Shown here one piece after another: positions 13,255 to 27,690 of a stretch of 64,000 nt of DNA. The notes below the pieces were generated by a model. It searched no databases. It was not told the DNA's origin and was given only the letters and a program-made list of their open reading frames with translations. How positions within the stretch are numbered: position 1 is the stretch's first letter; each line of letters opens with the position of its first letter. Origin of the DNA: Camelus ferus (Eukaryota); the NCBI RefSeq assembly GCF_009834535.1, contig NC_045697.1, positions 74,464,001 through 74,528,000 of the forward strand, given 5' to 3'. Made by a program: the position numbers and the translations under genes.

Positions 13255-14618
13255 GTGAGTAACGCTTGTCTCCCAGCTCTTAAATTCCAGCAGAAAGTAC
13301 AAGATTGCACAAAGGCCATTACCAGGGAAGATAAGGAACAAGATTAATTATCAAAGACATATAATTTTCATACTAATACTAGTCTGTGCTTTCTACAAAC
13401 AATAAAATCAGTTGCTCAGGTATTTTTAAAAATTAAAGACTCAGTAATACATTCTAATCTTAAAAGCATTTAGTTCCTTGACTAAAATCTCCCAGTAGCT
13501 TCCCTTTAGCTGGCAAGAAATTACTGAGCCCTCCCTGAGAACTTGATTTCGTTATAATCAGAAATAAATGTATGTTTGTCATTAGCATTAGGTTATAATG
13601 GTGGGATAATCTGAATGAATTCTACATTTTTGTTCCTGTTTTATGCCTCCAGTTCTACTATTAAAAAGTCATTTCCGTATTTTTCTACATTTTGAACTGT
13701 TCTGCTATTTAAATTTTTACAAGCTCTATTTGTTAGTAGATAAACATGAAAAAAAAAATACCCTCCAAGGTGAAAGTTTCACAGACCAAAGGCCATCATT
13801 GAGCATACATTTCATTGCAACAGTAGATAATTTTTTAAATTTCTGGAGTAAAATATTGACTGAAAGGCATGGGGCATAAAATCATGAAGGTTAAAGGATT
13901 TTGATGGGTCTTGTAGTCATACTGCCAGTCTAAAGTATATCATTCCAGAAAGATTAAATATTAATTCCTTTTGGTGAATGTGATCAAGGACAAAGCTTCC
14001 ACAGATAGTCTTGGGGACCTGTGAAACTTCTTTTTACAAAGCAGTTGTATAAAATTAGCAAGGGGAAAGTAAACCAACTATAAAACAATATGTAGAACAT
14101 TGAATGAAAATGTATGAATTCAATTTATATAAAGTGTGGAAGAGGGAAGAGTATTAAGTCTTTAGACGGTTTTCAACATGACTTTATAATATACATGTAC
14201 CATGCAGACACTTAACATAGACTCTAAATATATGTTCCTCATATTTTAAAAAACTTAGAATGTCTCTGCATTTTAAAAAAAATCTCATTCTTGTCTTTTT
14301 CTACTATACAAATACTTGAAACTTTTTGTTTCAAATGGTACATATTCATTACAGCAATACTGGTCATTTTTGCATACATCCATAGGATGGATATATGTGT
14401 GTATGAATATATATGTATATATATATGTATATATTATATATACACACATATTTATTTTTTTGGAAAACGATATGACTTACAGTAGGGGAGTATTCTAAAC
14501 GAGAAAAGTAAGCCTAGTTGGCATGAGGTATTCTGATATGTGTGTTTTTTACAATTTGATATTTTACTTTTTAAGGAGAGATGGTTACACACTAATTTAA
14601 ATATATTTACTATTCTAG

Positions 14619-15008
14619 ATATTCCAAAAGTCATGATTGAGCCTTCGGGTCCAATTCATGTACCAAGGGGAAATGGTACCATTTCAAAGGGTGATGGAGG
14701 ACACAGTAATTGGATTCCTGATGTCAGAAGTACTAGGTGGCCTCTGAAGACACCATATATACCTCCTGTCATTACTAACAGGCCCACTTCTAAGCCAACA
14801 ACAAGACCTACACCAGAGCCGATGCCACAGCCTACCCCACCTCCACCGCCACCCACAGAACCCGGAACACCTCCACCAGCAACAACCCCAGAAAGACCAA
14901 CCAGCAGACTGACAACTGTAGCACCAGTTACCACTACCTCTCCAAGGGGGATTACAGTTGACAACAGAATACAGACAGAGCCTCAGAAACCCAGAGGAGA
15001 CGTGTTTA
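14619..15008 (+). CDS. NPNT: Nephronectin exon 8 equivalent, Pro/Thr-rich linker with integrin-binding RGD
   Basis: tattctag|AT...TTTA|gtaagt; 390 nt; (Y)IPKVMIEPSGP...QKPRGDVF; RGD codons AGA GGA GAC at 14993-15001; NGT N-glycosylation sequon. Confidence 0.97.
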
Positions 15009-15041
15009 GTAAGTTATAATTGTTGGCACATATTTTGAGGG

Positions 15042-16715
15042 TTTTTTTTCCCCAGTCTTACTGAGATGTAATTGACATATAGCACTGTATGAGTTTAAAG
15101 AGTACAGCATAATGGTTTAACTTACTGTGGTAATCATTTCATGATATGCGTAACTTTAGTTAACGTCCATCATCTCATATAGACACAAAATCAACGAAAG
15201 GGAAAAAATGTTTTTTCCTTGGAATGAGAAATCTTAGAATTTACTTGATTAACAACTTCCATGTGTCATACAGCAGTTTTAACTACAGTCATTAAAGTTG
15301 TACATTACATCCCTAGTTTATCCTATTTAATCTTATAACTAAAGTTGTACCTTTTGACCACTTTTATCCAGTTCCCCCTTCCCTCACTTCCTACCTCTAG
15401 TAACCACAAATATATCTCTTTTTCTGTAGGTTTGTTTTATTTTGTTTTAAGATTCTACATGTAAGTGAGGTCATATGGTATTTGCCTTTCTCTGTCTGGC
15501 TTATTTCACTTAGCATAATATCCTCAAGGTCCTTTCATGTTGTCTCAAATGGCAGGATTTTCTCATTTTTATGACTCAGTAGTATTCCCTATATATATGT
15601 GTGTGTGCATATACACATACATCTTCTTCATTAATTCATCTATCAGTGGACACGTAGGTTGTTTCAATGTCTTGGCTATTGTAAATAATGCTATGAACAT
15701 GAGGGTGCAGATACCTCTTTGACTTATTTTTATTTCCTCTGGATATATTCCCAGAGCTAGTATTGCTGGATCATATGGTAGTTCTATTTTTAATTTTTTG
15801 AGGAAACTTCATACTGTTTACCATAGTGGCTGCACCAATTTACAATCCCACCAACAGTGCACAAGGGTTCCCTTATCTCCACATCCTCCCCAACACTTGT
15901 TATTTCTTGTCTTTTTGATAATGGCCATTCTAACTGGTGTGAGGTGATATCTTACTGTGGTTGTGACTTGCGTTTCCCTGATAATTAGTGATGATGAGCA
16001 TCTTTTCATGTACCTATTGGCCATTTAGTATATCTTCTTTGGACAAATGTGTATTCAGGTCCTTTGTCCACTTTTAATTTGATTATTTGGTTTTTTGCTC
16101 TCAAGTGGTATGAGTTCTCTGTATATTTTAGATATTAACCCCTTGAAAGATATATGATTTGCAAATTTTTTTCCTATTCCATCGGTTGTCTTTTCACTTT
16201 GTTGATGGTTTCTTTTGCTGGCAGAAGCTTTTTAGTTTGATGTCATCTTATTTATTTTTTATTTTGTTGCTTGTGCTTTAGGTGTTGTAGCAAAAAAAAA
16301 ATCATTGCCAAGACCCATGTCAAGGAGCTTTATTCCTGTGTTTCATTCTAGAGGTTTATGGTTTTGGGTCTTATGTTCCAGTCTTTAATTCATTTCAAGT
16401 TAACTTTTGTGAGTGGAGATCTAGATTCATTCCTTTGCATGTGACTGTCCAATTTTCCCAGCACCATTAATTGAAAAGACTGTCTTTCCTCCATTGAGTA
16501 TTCCTGGCTCCCTTGTCAAATATTATTTGACCTTCCTTATGTGTTTGGGTTTATTTCTGGGCTCTTGATTCTGTTCCATTGGTCTATATGTCTGTTTTTA
16601 TTGCCAGTACCATACTGTTTGATTACTGGGCCTTTATAGTGTAGCTTGAAATTAGGATGTATGGTGCCTCCTGCTTTGTTCTTTCTCAGGATTGCTTGGC
16701 TATTTGGGATCTTTT
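15042..16715 (-). mobile_element. 5'-truncated LINE-1 (ORF2 C-terminus plus 3'UTR), antisense to NPNT
   Basis: Minus-strand ORF 15818-16024 [17 protein letters not shown]...[14 protein letters not shown]...[13 protein letters not shown] is the L1 ORF2 Cys-rich C-terminus; T-rich tail at ~15042. Confidence 0.92.
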
Positions 16716-18379
16716 GTGTTAGCGTATTTTTAATTAGCTTTTTTATGATGGCATTTCAACCACAGGCCATGTCTTGAATAAGAATAAAATTCATAAAAAG
16801 AATTAGGTATACAGAGTGTAAGTCATACATCCCTATTGTTAAATACTATAAACAGCTATATATAAAAGTCAGCCAACTGGGCAAATAAGATTGTGAATTG
16901 AAATGGAAGGCATAGCAAAGTCATATAGTAGATCACAGCTCCTATCCAGTGTGAGATTTCTCCTGACATACTCAGATTTATTTGAAAACTCTCTGAGGTG
17001 GGGAACTTAATATAACGTGTGCCATTTTACTTTTAATCTAAGTGTTCATTCATTCAGTCAGTAAACCTTGTCAGCATGTTTTAGAATGCCAGGCCCTGTA
17101 GCAGGCATTGGGCTTACAAAGGTAAAACAGAAAAGCTTATAATCTGGTGGAAAAGACAGTTGCCCAGAAGATAACTGTGGGACTATGTTAGTGAAAGAGA
17201 TTTGTGTGGCACACTGTGGGAGTAGAGCGAAGAGGTATCTAACCCATCTTTGGGCAGGGGCAGTTGTGGGGTGGAGAGGCTTCTTGAGTGAAAAAAAAGA
17301 AAGCATTATAGTTTATGGGAACAACACAACAAAGACACAAGGGTAAGAAGCAGCGTAGCATATGCAACAGATTGCCAGCAGGCTGGAGGGTTGAGCTAAG
17401 GATTGATGAGAAAACCTGAACAGCTACCCCTTGTATTTGCTGTAAACTGGTGGTTTGATCTAAACTGGAGTCAGGTTGAATTAAAGACTCCAGATTTTTA
17501 ATCAGTGACTTGGTAAAGGGTGGTCCCACCAATGGAGTTAGAGGTAAAGAAGTTTTGAAGGAAGAAGAGATTTTTCCCTTACTACCAGACTGAAATTGGC
17601 AATTTTTCAACCTCTTCCTGAGCCTTTTAATGTGTTCTCTTGTTTAAAAGTCTCTCTTTCTTCCCATTATCCCTCTCTATCCCAACACACATGTGAATTA
17701 AAAATAACATTGAAGTTCACTAACAGAATTTAGCAGGCTCAAACTAGGGAGGCACGGAGTTCTGACGAAGTTTGAGAGCACTCATTCTAAGAGAGTGTGA
17801 TCTTAAAGACGTGCCCTGGGAAAGAATTGCCTTGATCCTGCGCCAGGGCTGTTGCATGCCACAGATAGCACTGCTGCCTTTGGACACTCCTGCCAAAAAT
17901 TAAATTCCACTCTCATTTCATCTTCAGCCGTGGCTGCTGGTTAATGTTAGCACGGATGAGGATATTCTGGACACTTCTTAATTTGCTGTCTGGCAATTAT
18001 TGCATATGTTCCAAATAAGGGAGAAGTTCTAAGTTTTTAATTCAGAACAAATAACTGGTATTTATTCATTGTGAAAACAGAAAGGAACGTTAACATTCTT
18101 TTAGTTCAAGACCATTTATTCATCGAATATTTTCTTCGCTTCCAGTATAATCGTTTCTTAAGCCATCCTTATTCTCTGCTGATCGGACTTTGGCTCTCTT
18201 CATTTTATGAATTTTCAGGGAGTGTCAACTACAGCCACTGTTGGGCCATCTTCAAATAGCCCCACACTTCAGTTGTATTTTTCATTACATTGAAAGATAT
18301 ATATTGGTTTAATGGAAGAGGTTGTTAAACATTGCTTTTCTTTATAATGTGTGTGTGTCTATGTGTGTGTGCCCCCCAA

Positions 18380-19615
18380 GAAAAGACTGAAAAAAAATTA
18401 TAACACAAATACATCTCTAGCCCAGACTTTTCCCCAAACTCTAGACTTACCTGCAGGTTTAAGCTCTCCAGCTGGATGAAGATACAGGTCTCAAACTCCA
18501 TTTCTAATGGTCTCTGATCAACACCCCAAACACATTCTACCCACAGCTTTTCCCACCACAGGAGATGGCCCCTCCATCCTACCAATTTCTACGACCAAAG
18601 AACTTGGAGTCACCTTAAATTGCTATTCATACCCACATCCAGTGTATGCAGGAATCCTGTTAGCCCTGCCTTCACATCACATCTGAAGTGTGGCTACTGC
18701 TCAGTATCTCCAGTGCTGCCACTCTGGCCCCAGCCATCCTTCCCCTGGAGTACAGGTCCAGAATCCTGTATCCAGATGATACAGTTGTGGAATGCAGCAT
18801 TTTTCAGATTTTAGAAAAGTAATAAGGTGAATATGCTGTATATGGCACACTGAAGCATATTAGTGTTTCTAGGAAACATATGAGTATTGACACTGACTTG
18901 GCTACTAACACTATTTAGGCTAGGTTTTGGATTTCAGCATTGTGGCTGAGGAACTGTGGACCTGGATTGCAGGAGCCTCCCAGCCAGTCTCCCTTCTTCG
19001 ACCCTTGTCCCTCTTTGGTCTCTTCTCAACCCAGCAGCCATTCATATCTTAAATCTTAAATAAAACACCATCGTTCAAAGCTCTGCACTAGCACTCGCTT
19101 CCTTCAGTAAGGACTTATACCCTCCCAGCATCTTACAGAGCCCTAAATGATTGCATCTCCGAGCACGCTGGCCCTCTTTCACTTCATTCCAGCCTCCTCG
19201 CTGTTCCTCACACTTCTCCCATCTGAGGATTTTTGTTCCAACTGTTTCCTCTTTCTGGAACACTCTTCCCCCAGCTACTAGCTTATCTCACTTTCTCACC
19301 ATATCATGCAAATCCCAACTTACCAGTGAGGCTGCCTCGACCCCCCTATTCAGTAATGTGACCTCTACCAACCACCACCACCATACCTGAGCTCACAGCT
19401 CTCTACAGTCTTTTTAAAATAGCATTCATCACCTTCTGTATACTACCTTGTTTACTTACATATAAGGTCTATTTTTGCCTCTTATTAGAATATACACCTT
19501 TGGAGGACAGAGATCTTTGTCTGTTTTGCTCATTGGTATATCTCAGGAACGTGGATTAATGCCTGGCACATAATAGGCAACTGAATACTATTGTGGAACA
19601 TAGATGTGAATAAAT
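18380..19615 (+). mobile_element. Degraded L2 LINE
   Basis: Pyrimidine-rich L2-like body ending in gcctggcacataataggcaactgaatactattgtggaa...gaataaat. Confidence 0.6.
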
Positions 19616-21234
19616 AGATCAATCTCTCATACCATCTTAAAATAAAATAAATTATCATCATGTAATCACATTTTCCATCCAAAATCTAGTTTAATATAAC
19701 ACATTTAATCTAAGAATTTAAAAATATTCTTTCCTGATTGTTACTTATTTTTATAGTATAAGGGACTTTAAAAATTGTACTTCCACCCTATTTTTTCTCT
19801 TTCTCCCCTCCTTCCCTTCTTTATGGAAATTGGTATTCTATTCAGTGGATTATTAAATCTGAAAATTCAATATTAGTGAGAAGGGAAATGATGTTAATTT
19901 AGAGATAATGTTTCAATGTATATATTTCCTCGCTCCTGAAACTAACTCAGATAATTTTTCCATTATACTTTTAGTAATTGGAAGTTGGCCTTTGTGAAAG
20001 TACACAAGTTTTTTAATGTAAGAGAGATTTAAGAAGCCACCCCTTAGAACAGTGTTTCCTCTAGGAAGAAACAAAATACTATTGAAGCTGGAGTTTTTGT
20101 CCTTTCATTACTCCTGCAAAAAAAAAAGGTTCAAAACAGCAGAAAGTTATTTAAACTTCAAGTAAGTGGTCCAGATGGAATAGTTATAATAGCCTTTTTA
20201 CATCAGAATCCCAGCTGAACCAGAGACCTAAGGTGCTCACTTAGATGGAGTTTCCTAATCCCTACCACACATCGACTGAATTGGACTTTCTAGGGAAACG
20301 CTGCTCAGCCTTGAGTGTGTGTATAAGTCACACAGGGACTTTGTTAAAATGAAAGCTTCAGTTCAGTGGGTCTAGGTTAGGACCTGAGATTCTGCATTTT
20401 CAACAAGCTCACAAGTAATATTGCTGATCTAACCACACTGAATAGTAGGGCTCTCAACCATAATGGCAGCTCCAATCCAGCAGAACTATGTCTTGAATGA
20501 GGGCAGAATTAGCCAGATTTGGATTGTTTAAAATGTAGCAATTGTGCCTAAAATGTAGCACATAACATCTGGGTCAGTTATAGAACATGATGTAATATGG
20601 ATCAGATGCTCCTGTGAGTGGTGGCCACATCACAGAACCAGACTGATGGTTGCTGTGCTATTCTAGGTCATGCGAATATGCTGAAATTCCACGCGCCACC
20701 AGTGAGAGCAAAATTGTTTGCATTTTAGGGATTGCGTTTTGCTGCATACTGTCTGTAGGTTTTTTTCTCTCATTTCCCTTCTCCAGATTTTTACAGTCTG
20801 TGGCTGGTGTGATCACATTGTTCTTAGTTGTGGAATATCATCTCTTTTCTGATTCTGCGTGGTGATGAGTAAAAAGATTGTTTCTACTGAGGGGTGAAAA
20901 GGTCTTTAAACTAGTTTGCTTTCTAGTAAACAGTAAGGCCTAGAGAGACCCTGAGAAGATGCCTGACATCTCCCTGAAGATGAAATTTCAGCGAGTGTTC
21001 TGAAGGACTGCTAGTAGGTCAGGTTCTGATGCTGTGAATCCTGAAAGTTTTCAAGACTTTTTATTTATATTTTAATTGGATTCTATGATGACTGGTAAGG
21101 AGAAAAAAAAAAGTTCTCTCTGGAAGATATAAATTGAGTTCTTGGTGAATGTGACCACAGTCAGAAATCAGGTATTTTGTGAAGTTGTATGCACATTTGT
21201 CTACAGAGCTGTAATGAAGAGTATCGTGCTCATA

Positions 21235-21410
21235 GCCGCTCTGTGATTTGGGGTATGTTACCAGATCTTCCTGTGCCTTTGTTTCCTCATCCGTAAGTAG
21301 GCATAACAACAGTATCTCCCTTGTTGGGCTGCTATGAAAATTAGGTGAGGGAATGTTTGTAAAACTCTAACCATAGTGCTGGGCATATAATGAGAACTCA
21401 ATACACAATA
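21235..21410 (+). mobile_element. MIR SINE (one of many; others near 5490, 29650, 32270, 34460, 51500, 57630, 59350, 61020)
   Basis: ctgtgcctttgtttcctcatccgtaa...gaaaattaggtgag...catagtgctgggcatataatgagaactcaata. Confidence 0.7.
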
Positions 21411-24097
21411 GCTATACTCTTCTGTGATGATGTAGCAACCATATTTATATGGTAATGATAACACTTCTTACTTAAAAACATAGCCCTATTTTGTGTTCTA
21501 GTTTTGAGTTTATATTTTTCTGATGCTTTTTATTATGCTTTATTACAATTTTAATGTTCACAACATTTTAAATGTTATTTTTGGCTAACCAGATCCTTTC
21601 AAAACAAATTGTTTTGCAAGTGTGAGCTATCAGGGGAGCAGAGAAAACTGAAAATAGCAAACTGTAACCTTATAGATCCTTTACTTACGACCAAATAATT
21701 GGAATGGTCTATTTTGTTTAGGTGTTTGTGGTACCTAATTGAACAGCTGTGATGTTAAAACAGAGACGGTATCACCTCAAATTCTTTACCATGCAAATAG
21801 TGATAACAGCCTTTTCAGAGGTGAATCTATCTAGGTGGGAAACTTACATGATGTGTCTAATAAATACCAGAAATAAAAGCTTCCTTTCTTCCTTTGAAGT
21901 GACTCCTTTGGCTGAGTGCATTGCTGCCTATCCCCCACAGCAGGTGGGCTTCTGGGCCTCCCCAGGTGTGTGCGCTGCCCTCATCCAAGCAGCAAGCAGC
22001 CCTGTCAGGGGGCTCGCTGTGGCACCACCTGCCTTCTGTGCCAGTGCTCAGACTCAGTCCTGACAGCGCCTAACCTTCCTGGCTTCCTTTGGCTTAGAAG
22101 AGGGCAAGGGAACAAAACCGCTCTGGTGGTAAAACCTGGGGGTCTTTAGAGACGGCAGAGTGGGGATGAAAGACAGGGGCTCTAAGAGGTAGTCCCTTGC
22201 CGCTCTCCCCCTCCTCTCCTCTTCCCTCTCCTTCCTTCCTTCTCTCCCTCCTCGTTCCCTGTCAGAGATCTCTCTAGATCTGGAAGAGCTGAGTCATCAC
22301 TGTTATGGTCGCACTCAGATAAGAGCCATCTTTTAGATACTCTATTCTCCTGGGATTGCTCCAGGCAGTGCTTCAAGTCGTTCTGAAACTTCATTAGAGG
22401 AGAAATAGGGGAGTCAAAAAACTTGGGCTCATTTTTGAGTAGCTGTGTCCACCTTTCCCCAGACACTTGACTTTACCAAGTTCTGCTCTTTACTCTCAGC
22501 CCAAAGGAGTCTTTTCAACTTTCTAGATTTTTCCTATGCAGTGAAAGCTTTGGCAAACAAGGATTTTTTCTGTGGAGCCCAGCAACACTTAGCTTTTTGC
22601 AAGTAATCAGTAGATGGCTAAGAATGTTCTCTGATGTACTTAAGGAAATTTCCAGTCTTTTCCGATCTTTGGAAATCTCTGGAATCTCTTTTCCAATCTT
22701 TTTATTTACTTTTCTGGTGATTTAAAGCCATAATGCATGTGTTCCTTATCTGGAGAGGGAAAGAAAGGGGCAGGGGAGGGTGGGGACGGGGAGAAAGGGA
22801 GGAGGGGAGGAGGAGAGAAAGGCAAGAGACGGCTTCTTAAAACCCTTGTCATTCACCCCCACTCTGTCATCCCTAAAGATCCCCAGGTTTTGCCACGGGA
22901 AAGAGCCTTCAGGATATTGGGAAAGCTACATATGTACCATTCTCGTCAGATGAACTAAACCCCTAAGCAGAGAAAGAATTTAAGACAGTGTTATCTTTAA
23001 TCTTTTAGTCCTACAACAAATGCCAGAACTGGCCTGGGTAATGTCAGGGGAGCCACCCTAGAACAGAAACAGAATTTGCAAACCTACCTTTAATAAACTG
23101 TGCTTACATTTTGCTCTAGTAGTTGCTCTTTGGAAGAGGTCTGGCAGTGGGAGGTGTGTATGATAATATTTACAGGTACTTCACTGTGCTGACTTGTAAT
23201 GCTTCTTGGTAAAAATAAGCAGTTGACTCTTTGGGAAACCTCATTTATGGATGCAGGTTATATATTAATATACCCCTTGGGAAAATATATTTACTAGAAA
23301 GCGCTGGGCGAGAGTTCCTTTTAAGAAGTTTCCTGCTTATCTGTGCGGCTCCTCACAGGCTGCAGGGCTCTCGGGGTTCCCCGGCCCTTAGGAACGTCCT
23401 GGGCCCCTAAGCCCCGTGCGGCCACGTGTTCATCCGGCTGCCTGCTTGCTTTGGTGCCCATACTCTCCCTTCGTCTCAGTTCATGCAGAAGGTTGTAAGA
23501 CGCAATGGGAGAGAAGTTTATTTTGGTGGGTGAAGCATTGACCAATGATAGGAAAATTTCTAGAAAATAAATCTTTTAAAGAGTATATGAACATTCTTTA
23601 GTTTATGTTAATTTTGGTCATAACTGCCCCTGGACATCCTCTCCCCTCTCCCTGTTTGTTCTCTATGCTACAGCCAGAATGGTGTACCTGACCTGGGTGC
23701 TCCTCTGTTAAAATTTCTGAGGCTTCTAGTTTTCACCAGAGTTAGGAACACAACCTTTACAGAGCTTTAAAAGGCCTGGCAGAGTCTGCCTGCCTCTCCT
23801 GCACCCTGCCTCTCGCCCTGTGCGCTCTGCACCTATAATGATGTTAGTTCACCCCGTTCATTCTCTAGGGCACTAGCTCGCAGTAACTCATCCTTCACGT
23901 CGTAGTGGAAGGATCGCCTTTCAGAGATTTTCATGCATGTGTCCCCTAGGCTATTCCCTCCCCCCAACCCCCGCCCCGTGCCCTGTCCCTCACCTAAATC
24001 TCACATAGCATCCTCTGCTTCTCCTTTAAATCATTTGTTCCGTGGGAGACTGTTAGATGTCTGTCTTTACCTCTAGAATGTGGATCCCATGAAAGTG

Positions 24098-24720
24098 GCT
24101 GTCTCATTGTGGTTTTGATTTGCATTTCCCTGATGATTACTGATGTTGAATACCTTTTCATATACCTGTTAGCCATTAGTATATCTTTTTTTATAAAAAA
24201 TGTTTATTCAGATCTTCTCATTTTTTTAACAGATTGTTTATTATTCTTTTTTGCTACTCAGTTGTATCAAGAGTATTAACCCCTTTATCAGATCATACGA
24301 TTTACAAATATTTTCTCCAATTCAGTAATTTGGCTTTTTGTTTTGTTAATGGTCTCCTTTGGTGTGCAAAGGCTTTTTAGTCTGATGGAATCCCCCTTTT
24401 GTTTTTGTTGCCTGGGCTTTTGGTGTCAGATCCAAAAAAACCATCACTAAGACTGCTGTCAAGGAGCCTACTGCCTCTGTTTCCTTCTAGGAGTTTTATG
24501 GTCTCAGGTCTCAACATTTCGAGTCTTCAGTCCATTCTGAATTAATTTCTGTGTGTGTGGAGTAAGATAGCGGTCAGTTTCATCCTTTTGCATGTGGCTG
24601 TCCAGCTTTTCTAACAATATTTACTGAGAAGACTCTCCTTTCCCCATTGTATATTCTTGGTTCTTTTGTCATAAATTAATTGATTACATAAGTGTGTATT
24701 TCCTCTGACTGTTTTTTCTA
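24098..24720 (-). mobile_element. LINE-1 ORF2 fragment
   Basis: Minus-strand [25 protein letters not shown] and NQLIYDKRTKNIQWGKESL are L1 ORF2 motifs. Confidence 0.88.
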
Positions 24721-26946
24721 GTCTGTTTTTTGTTTGTTCACTTTTCTTGTGCGTAGTTGAAATCATGCTACTTGAATGATTTTTTTCCCTGCTACTTATT
24801 TCACTTACTATTCCAGGGAGCAGGTAGGGGATTTTCTCTTGACACTTCAGTGGGATGCTCTCCCCCACCCATTCTGCTATGTGTGAGGAAGGAGAGTTAG
24901 TTCAGTAACTGGGCAGAGCCACAGACTGGAGCTCACAAACCTGTAAGAACTCAGAGCTGCTGAGCATTTCAGGTCTCTAAATCCCTTGGAATGTTTCCCA
25001 GTGAAGTGATGAAGGTGTGCCTGGTCATCTGCTGCTAAATCAAATGGTTCTTGGAAACCAAGTGCCTAAAATACTCATGAACCATCTGGCGTTTTGCAAG
25101 TTGTTAGTTGGCAAATTCCTTGGGTTTCTGTTTTCCAAATGTGTGTTCTCATCGCTTCCTTTCAACCTCATCCCATCCTGCTTTCTTCATTTCTCAGCAT
25201 CCTCCAGACCCGGGGAACTCCTTTCTCCAGAGGTTCGGAGCACTTTCTTTGTGCTTGCTGCCTGAAGCAGCCTCTCCTCCCCGACTCCAGCACTTTGCTT
25301 TTTGCCTGGAAGGTTCCATGCTTTTCCCCTCTCAGTCTGAATGGCGCTTCTTCAGAGAAGACCTCCCTGATCTCCCTCTTTAAGACAGGCCCTGTGCCAG
25401 CAAACCTTTGTACCCACCCTGCCCCTCTACACCAAGACTCTATTTACCATTTAACCATCCTTCATCTGGAAAAAAGGGGGCTGACAAAGTGTCCTAATGC
25501 CCCTAAAATAGGGCACTGTAAGACTTGAGCTATTCCAATCCAGAGATAATTTGTGTAAGTTACCCCAAGAGAAGGGAGTAAAAAAGTGATTGTTCTTTAG
25601 GTTTGGGGTTTTGTTTTTTTCTTTTAAACTTTCTCTTCGTCATGAGAAATGAAGCATGCTTGCCTGCAACTTTATATTTCTAATGAATAAGAGGCAGTCT
25701 ACCCCTCAGAGGCCCAAATGGGAAAAGGAGAGCTGGAATTAGATGTGATGGTTGTCAGTTATCTGGGTGTAAAAGAGAGTGGCCAGTTGCCTCCCCCAGG
25801 GCACCTGTGATCAGGAAGCGTCCCCAGATCTCGTCCACTGACCAGCTTTTCTTCCCTTGTCTCAGGCTGTGTGTATGTGTAAATGTGAGTGGCAGGGGTA
25901 GCGGGAGGTGGTAGGAGAAGAAGGGGCATCACTGTTCGGACTTTGGAAACAAAAAGGAAAGAAATTTTAAAGTAGTAAGCTAAAAATAAATCAGTGCAAA
26001 TACTATAGGATTGTTACCTAATGTAAAAAATTCTTGCTAAAAATAATTGGAACATGGTTGAAAAGGAACCCTTTTGGCCAATGTCTGTTCCTTGGTGTTC
26101 CACATCTTTTACTCCCTGCCTTATAAAAATAGAGCTAATTAAGTTCTGGCAAAGAAAAGGGAGGATTCCCTGGTCATGGGCCAAGAATTCCCCTCCCCAC
26201 CAGCAACATTTTCACACACTCCCCACCTCCAACCCAGTCACTCTCCCTGACATCATCTGGTGTTTTTCCGTCCTAGCCCACATCAGAATTTAGAGGTGTG
26301 GTGTTCACGGGACCAGGTCCTTGCTGGTCTTGTTCACGCTTTCACCCTCTCTCCTCGGGACCTACCCCAGCACTTGGTGTAGGGTGGCAATCAGATCTGC
26401 TTTGAATGAGTAACTAACTGTAGATTCATGTGAATCCATTTTCTTTTAAAGTGTATTCTAAAGCTCTGTGCCACTTGTTTCATTTGAGGAAAAGGGTTGA
26501 CAAAGTACATGGGTTTCTGACAAGCTCTTCCCACTTGTTTAGTAAACACTTAGTGAGTGCCTGTCACTAGGTCAGGCGCTGGAAACGCCCCATGAATAAG
26601 GCATGACTGATGCCCTCTGAGACCTTGCAGGCCAGCAGAGGGACAGACACACATACGTGTAAGTAACTGTAATTCTTTATGAATGAGTGTAAGAGGCATG
26701 TAAACATGAGCCTTGGAAGTGGGGAAGAATTTAATTCGCCTGGAACATGAACATTTCTGCCCTGGGAGTGCTATTTATGCTGAGCCTTGAATGGGGAGAG
26801 GAAGTTTAGCAGGTTAATTAGCAGGAACAAGAGCATCCCAAGCTGGGGATGGGGTCAGAGATGTGAAAAATGAATGGCATGTTTGGACAGTCCTGTGTGT
26901 TTTGGGGGTTGGATTGTGAAGGCTGTGTCTAGGAGTTTGGATTTGA

Positions 26947-27074
26947 TTTTTTTTTTTAAGCTTTTATTTATTTATTTAGTTCTTTGTTGTTGTTGTTAAT
27001 GGAGGTACAGGGAATTGAACCCAGGACCTTGTGCATGCTAAGCATGTGCTCTGCCACTGAGCTCTACACCCACC
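26947..27074 (-). mobile_element. tRNA-Ala-derived SINE
   Basis: ggaggtacagggaattgaacccaggaccttgtgcatgctaagcatgtgctctgccactgagct; T-rich tail; imperfect flanking repeat tggatttga/tggatctga. Confidence 0.88.
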
Positions 27075-27603
27075 TGGATCTGACTGTAAAGGAGCCAGGG
27101 AACCTGCTTGAGCCCCAAGAGGCTATGGTAGGAAATACAGCTTAGAGTGTGACAGGGACAGACAAGAGTTCACTGGAGAGGGTGGATGCTGTGGTTAGAA
27201 AATTGAACTATTCACTGCAATTGCAGCATTTTTCCAATAAAACAGCCTCAGAGTTCATAATGTATCTTCCATAGAAACACATTTTAGAATTTCATAGAGA
27301 TATCTTGCTAGAAATTGGAAGCTGTTTAAAAATGTATTTTCCAGATAGAATTTTGAATGTATTTTATGTTGAATTTTAGAAACTTTTGAAAATCATTTTT
27401 AAAAAATTTTACCCAGATAAATGTTACAGTGTACATCTCTGCAGAACAAACTTCATGAATTTTCATGTGAACTGTAATTGAATGTTTTGGATTCTTCCAA
27501 GATGAGTGAAATGCCTAGGTCTTGCCCCTGCCCCACTGTTAAAGGCAATGCCTTGTTGTCAATACCTCATCACAGCAAAACAAAACTCCTCTCTCTCTTG
27601 CAG

Positions 27604-27690
27604 TCCCACGGCAGCCTTCAAATGACTTGTTTGAAATATTTGAAATTGAAAGAGGAGTCAGTGCAGATGATGAAGCAAAGGATGATCCAG
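27604..27690 (+). CDS. NPNT: Nephronectin exon 9 equivalent, carrying the LFEIFEIER integrin alpha8beta1 synergy motif
   Basis: ctctcttgcag|TC...CCAG|gtagat; 87 nt, phase 1-1; (I)PRQPSNDLFEIFEIERGVSADDEAKDDP; motif at 27627-27653. This frame is not in the ORF track. Confidence 0.95.

Noticed and set aside
14656..14964. 102-aa Gly/Val-rich antisense ORF
   Set aside because: Mirror of the Pro/Thr codons of exon 8.
15008..15019. C-terminal SKL peroxisomal signal on the read-through ORF
   Set aside because: Arises from the gtaagt donor sequence; nephronectin enters the secretory pathway, so a PTS1 would be irrelevant.
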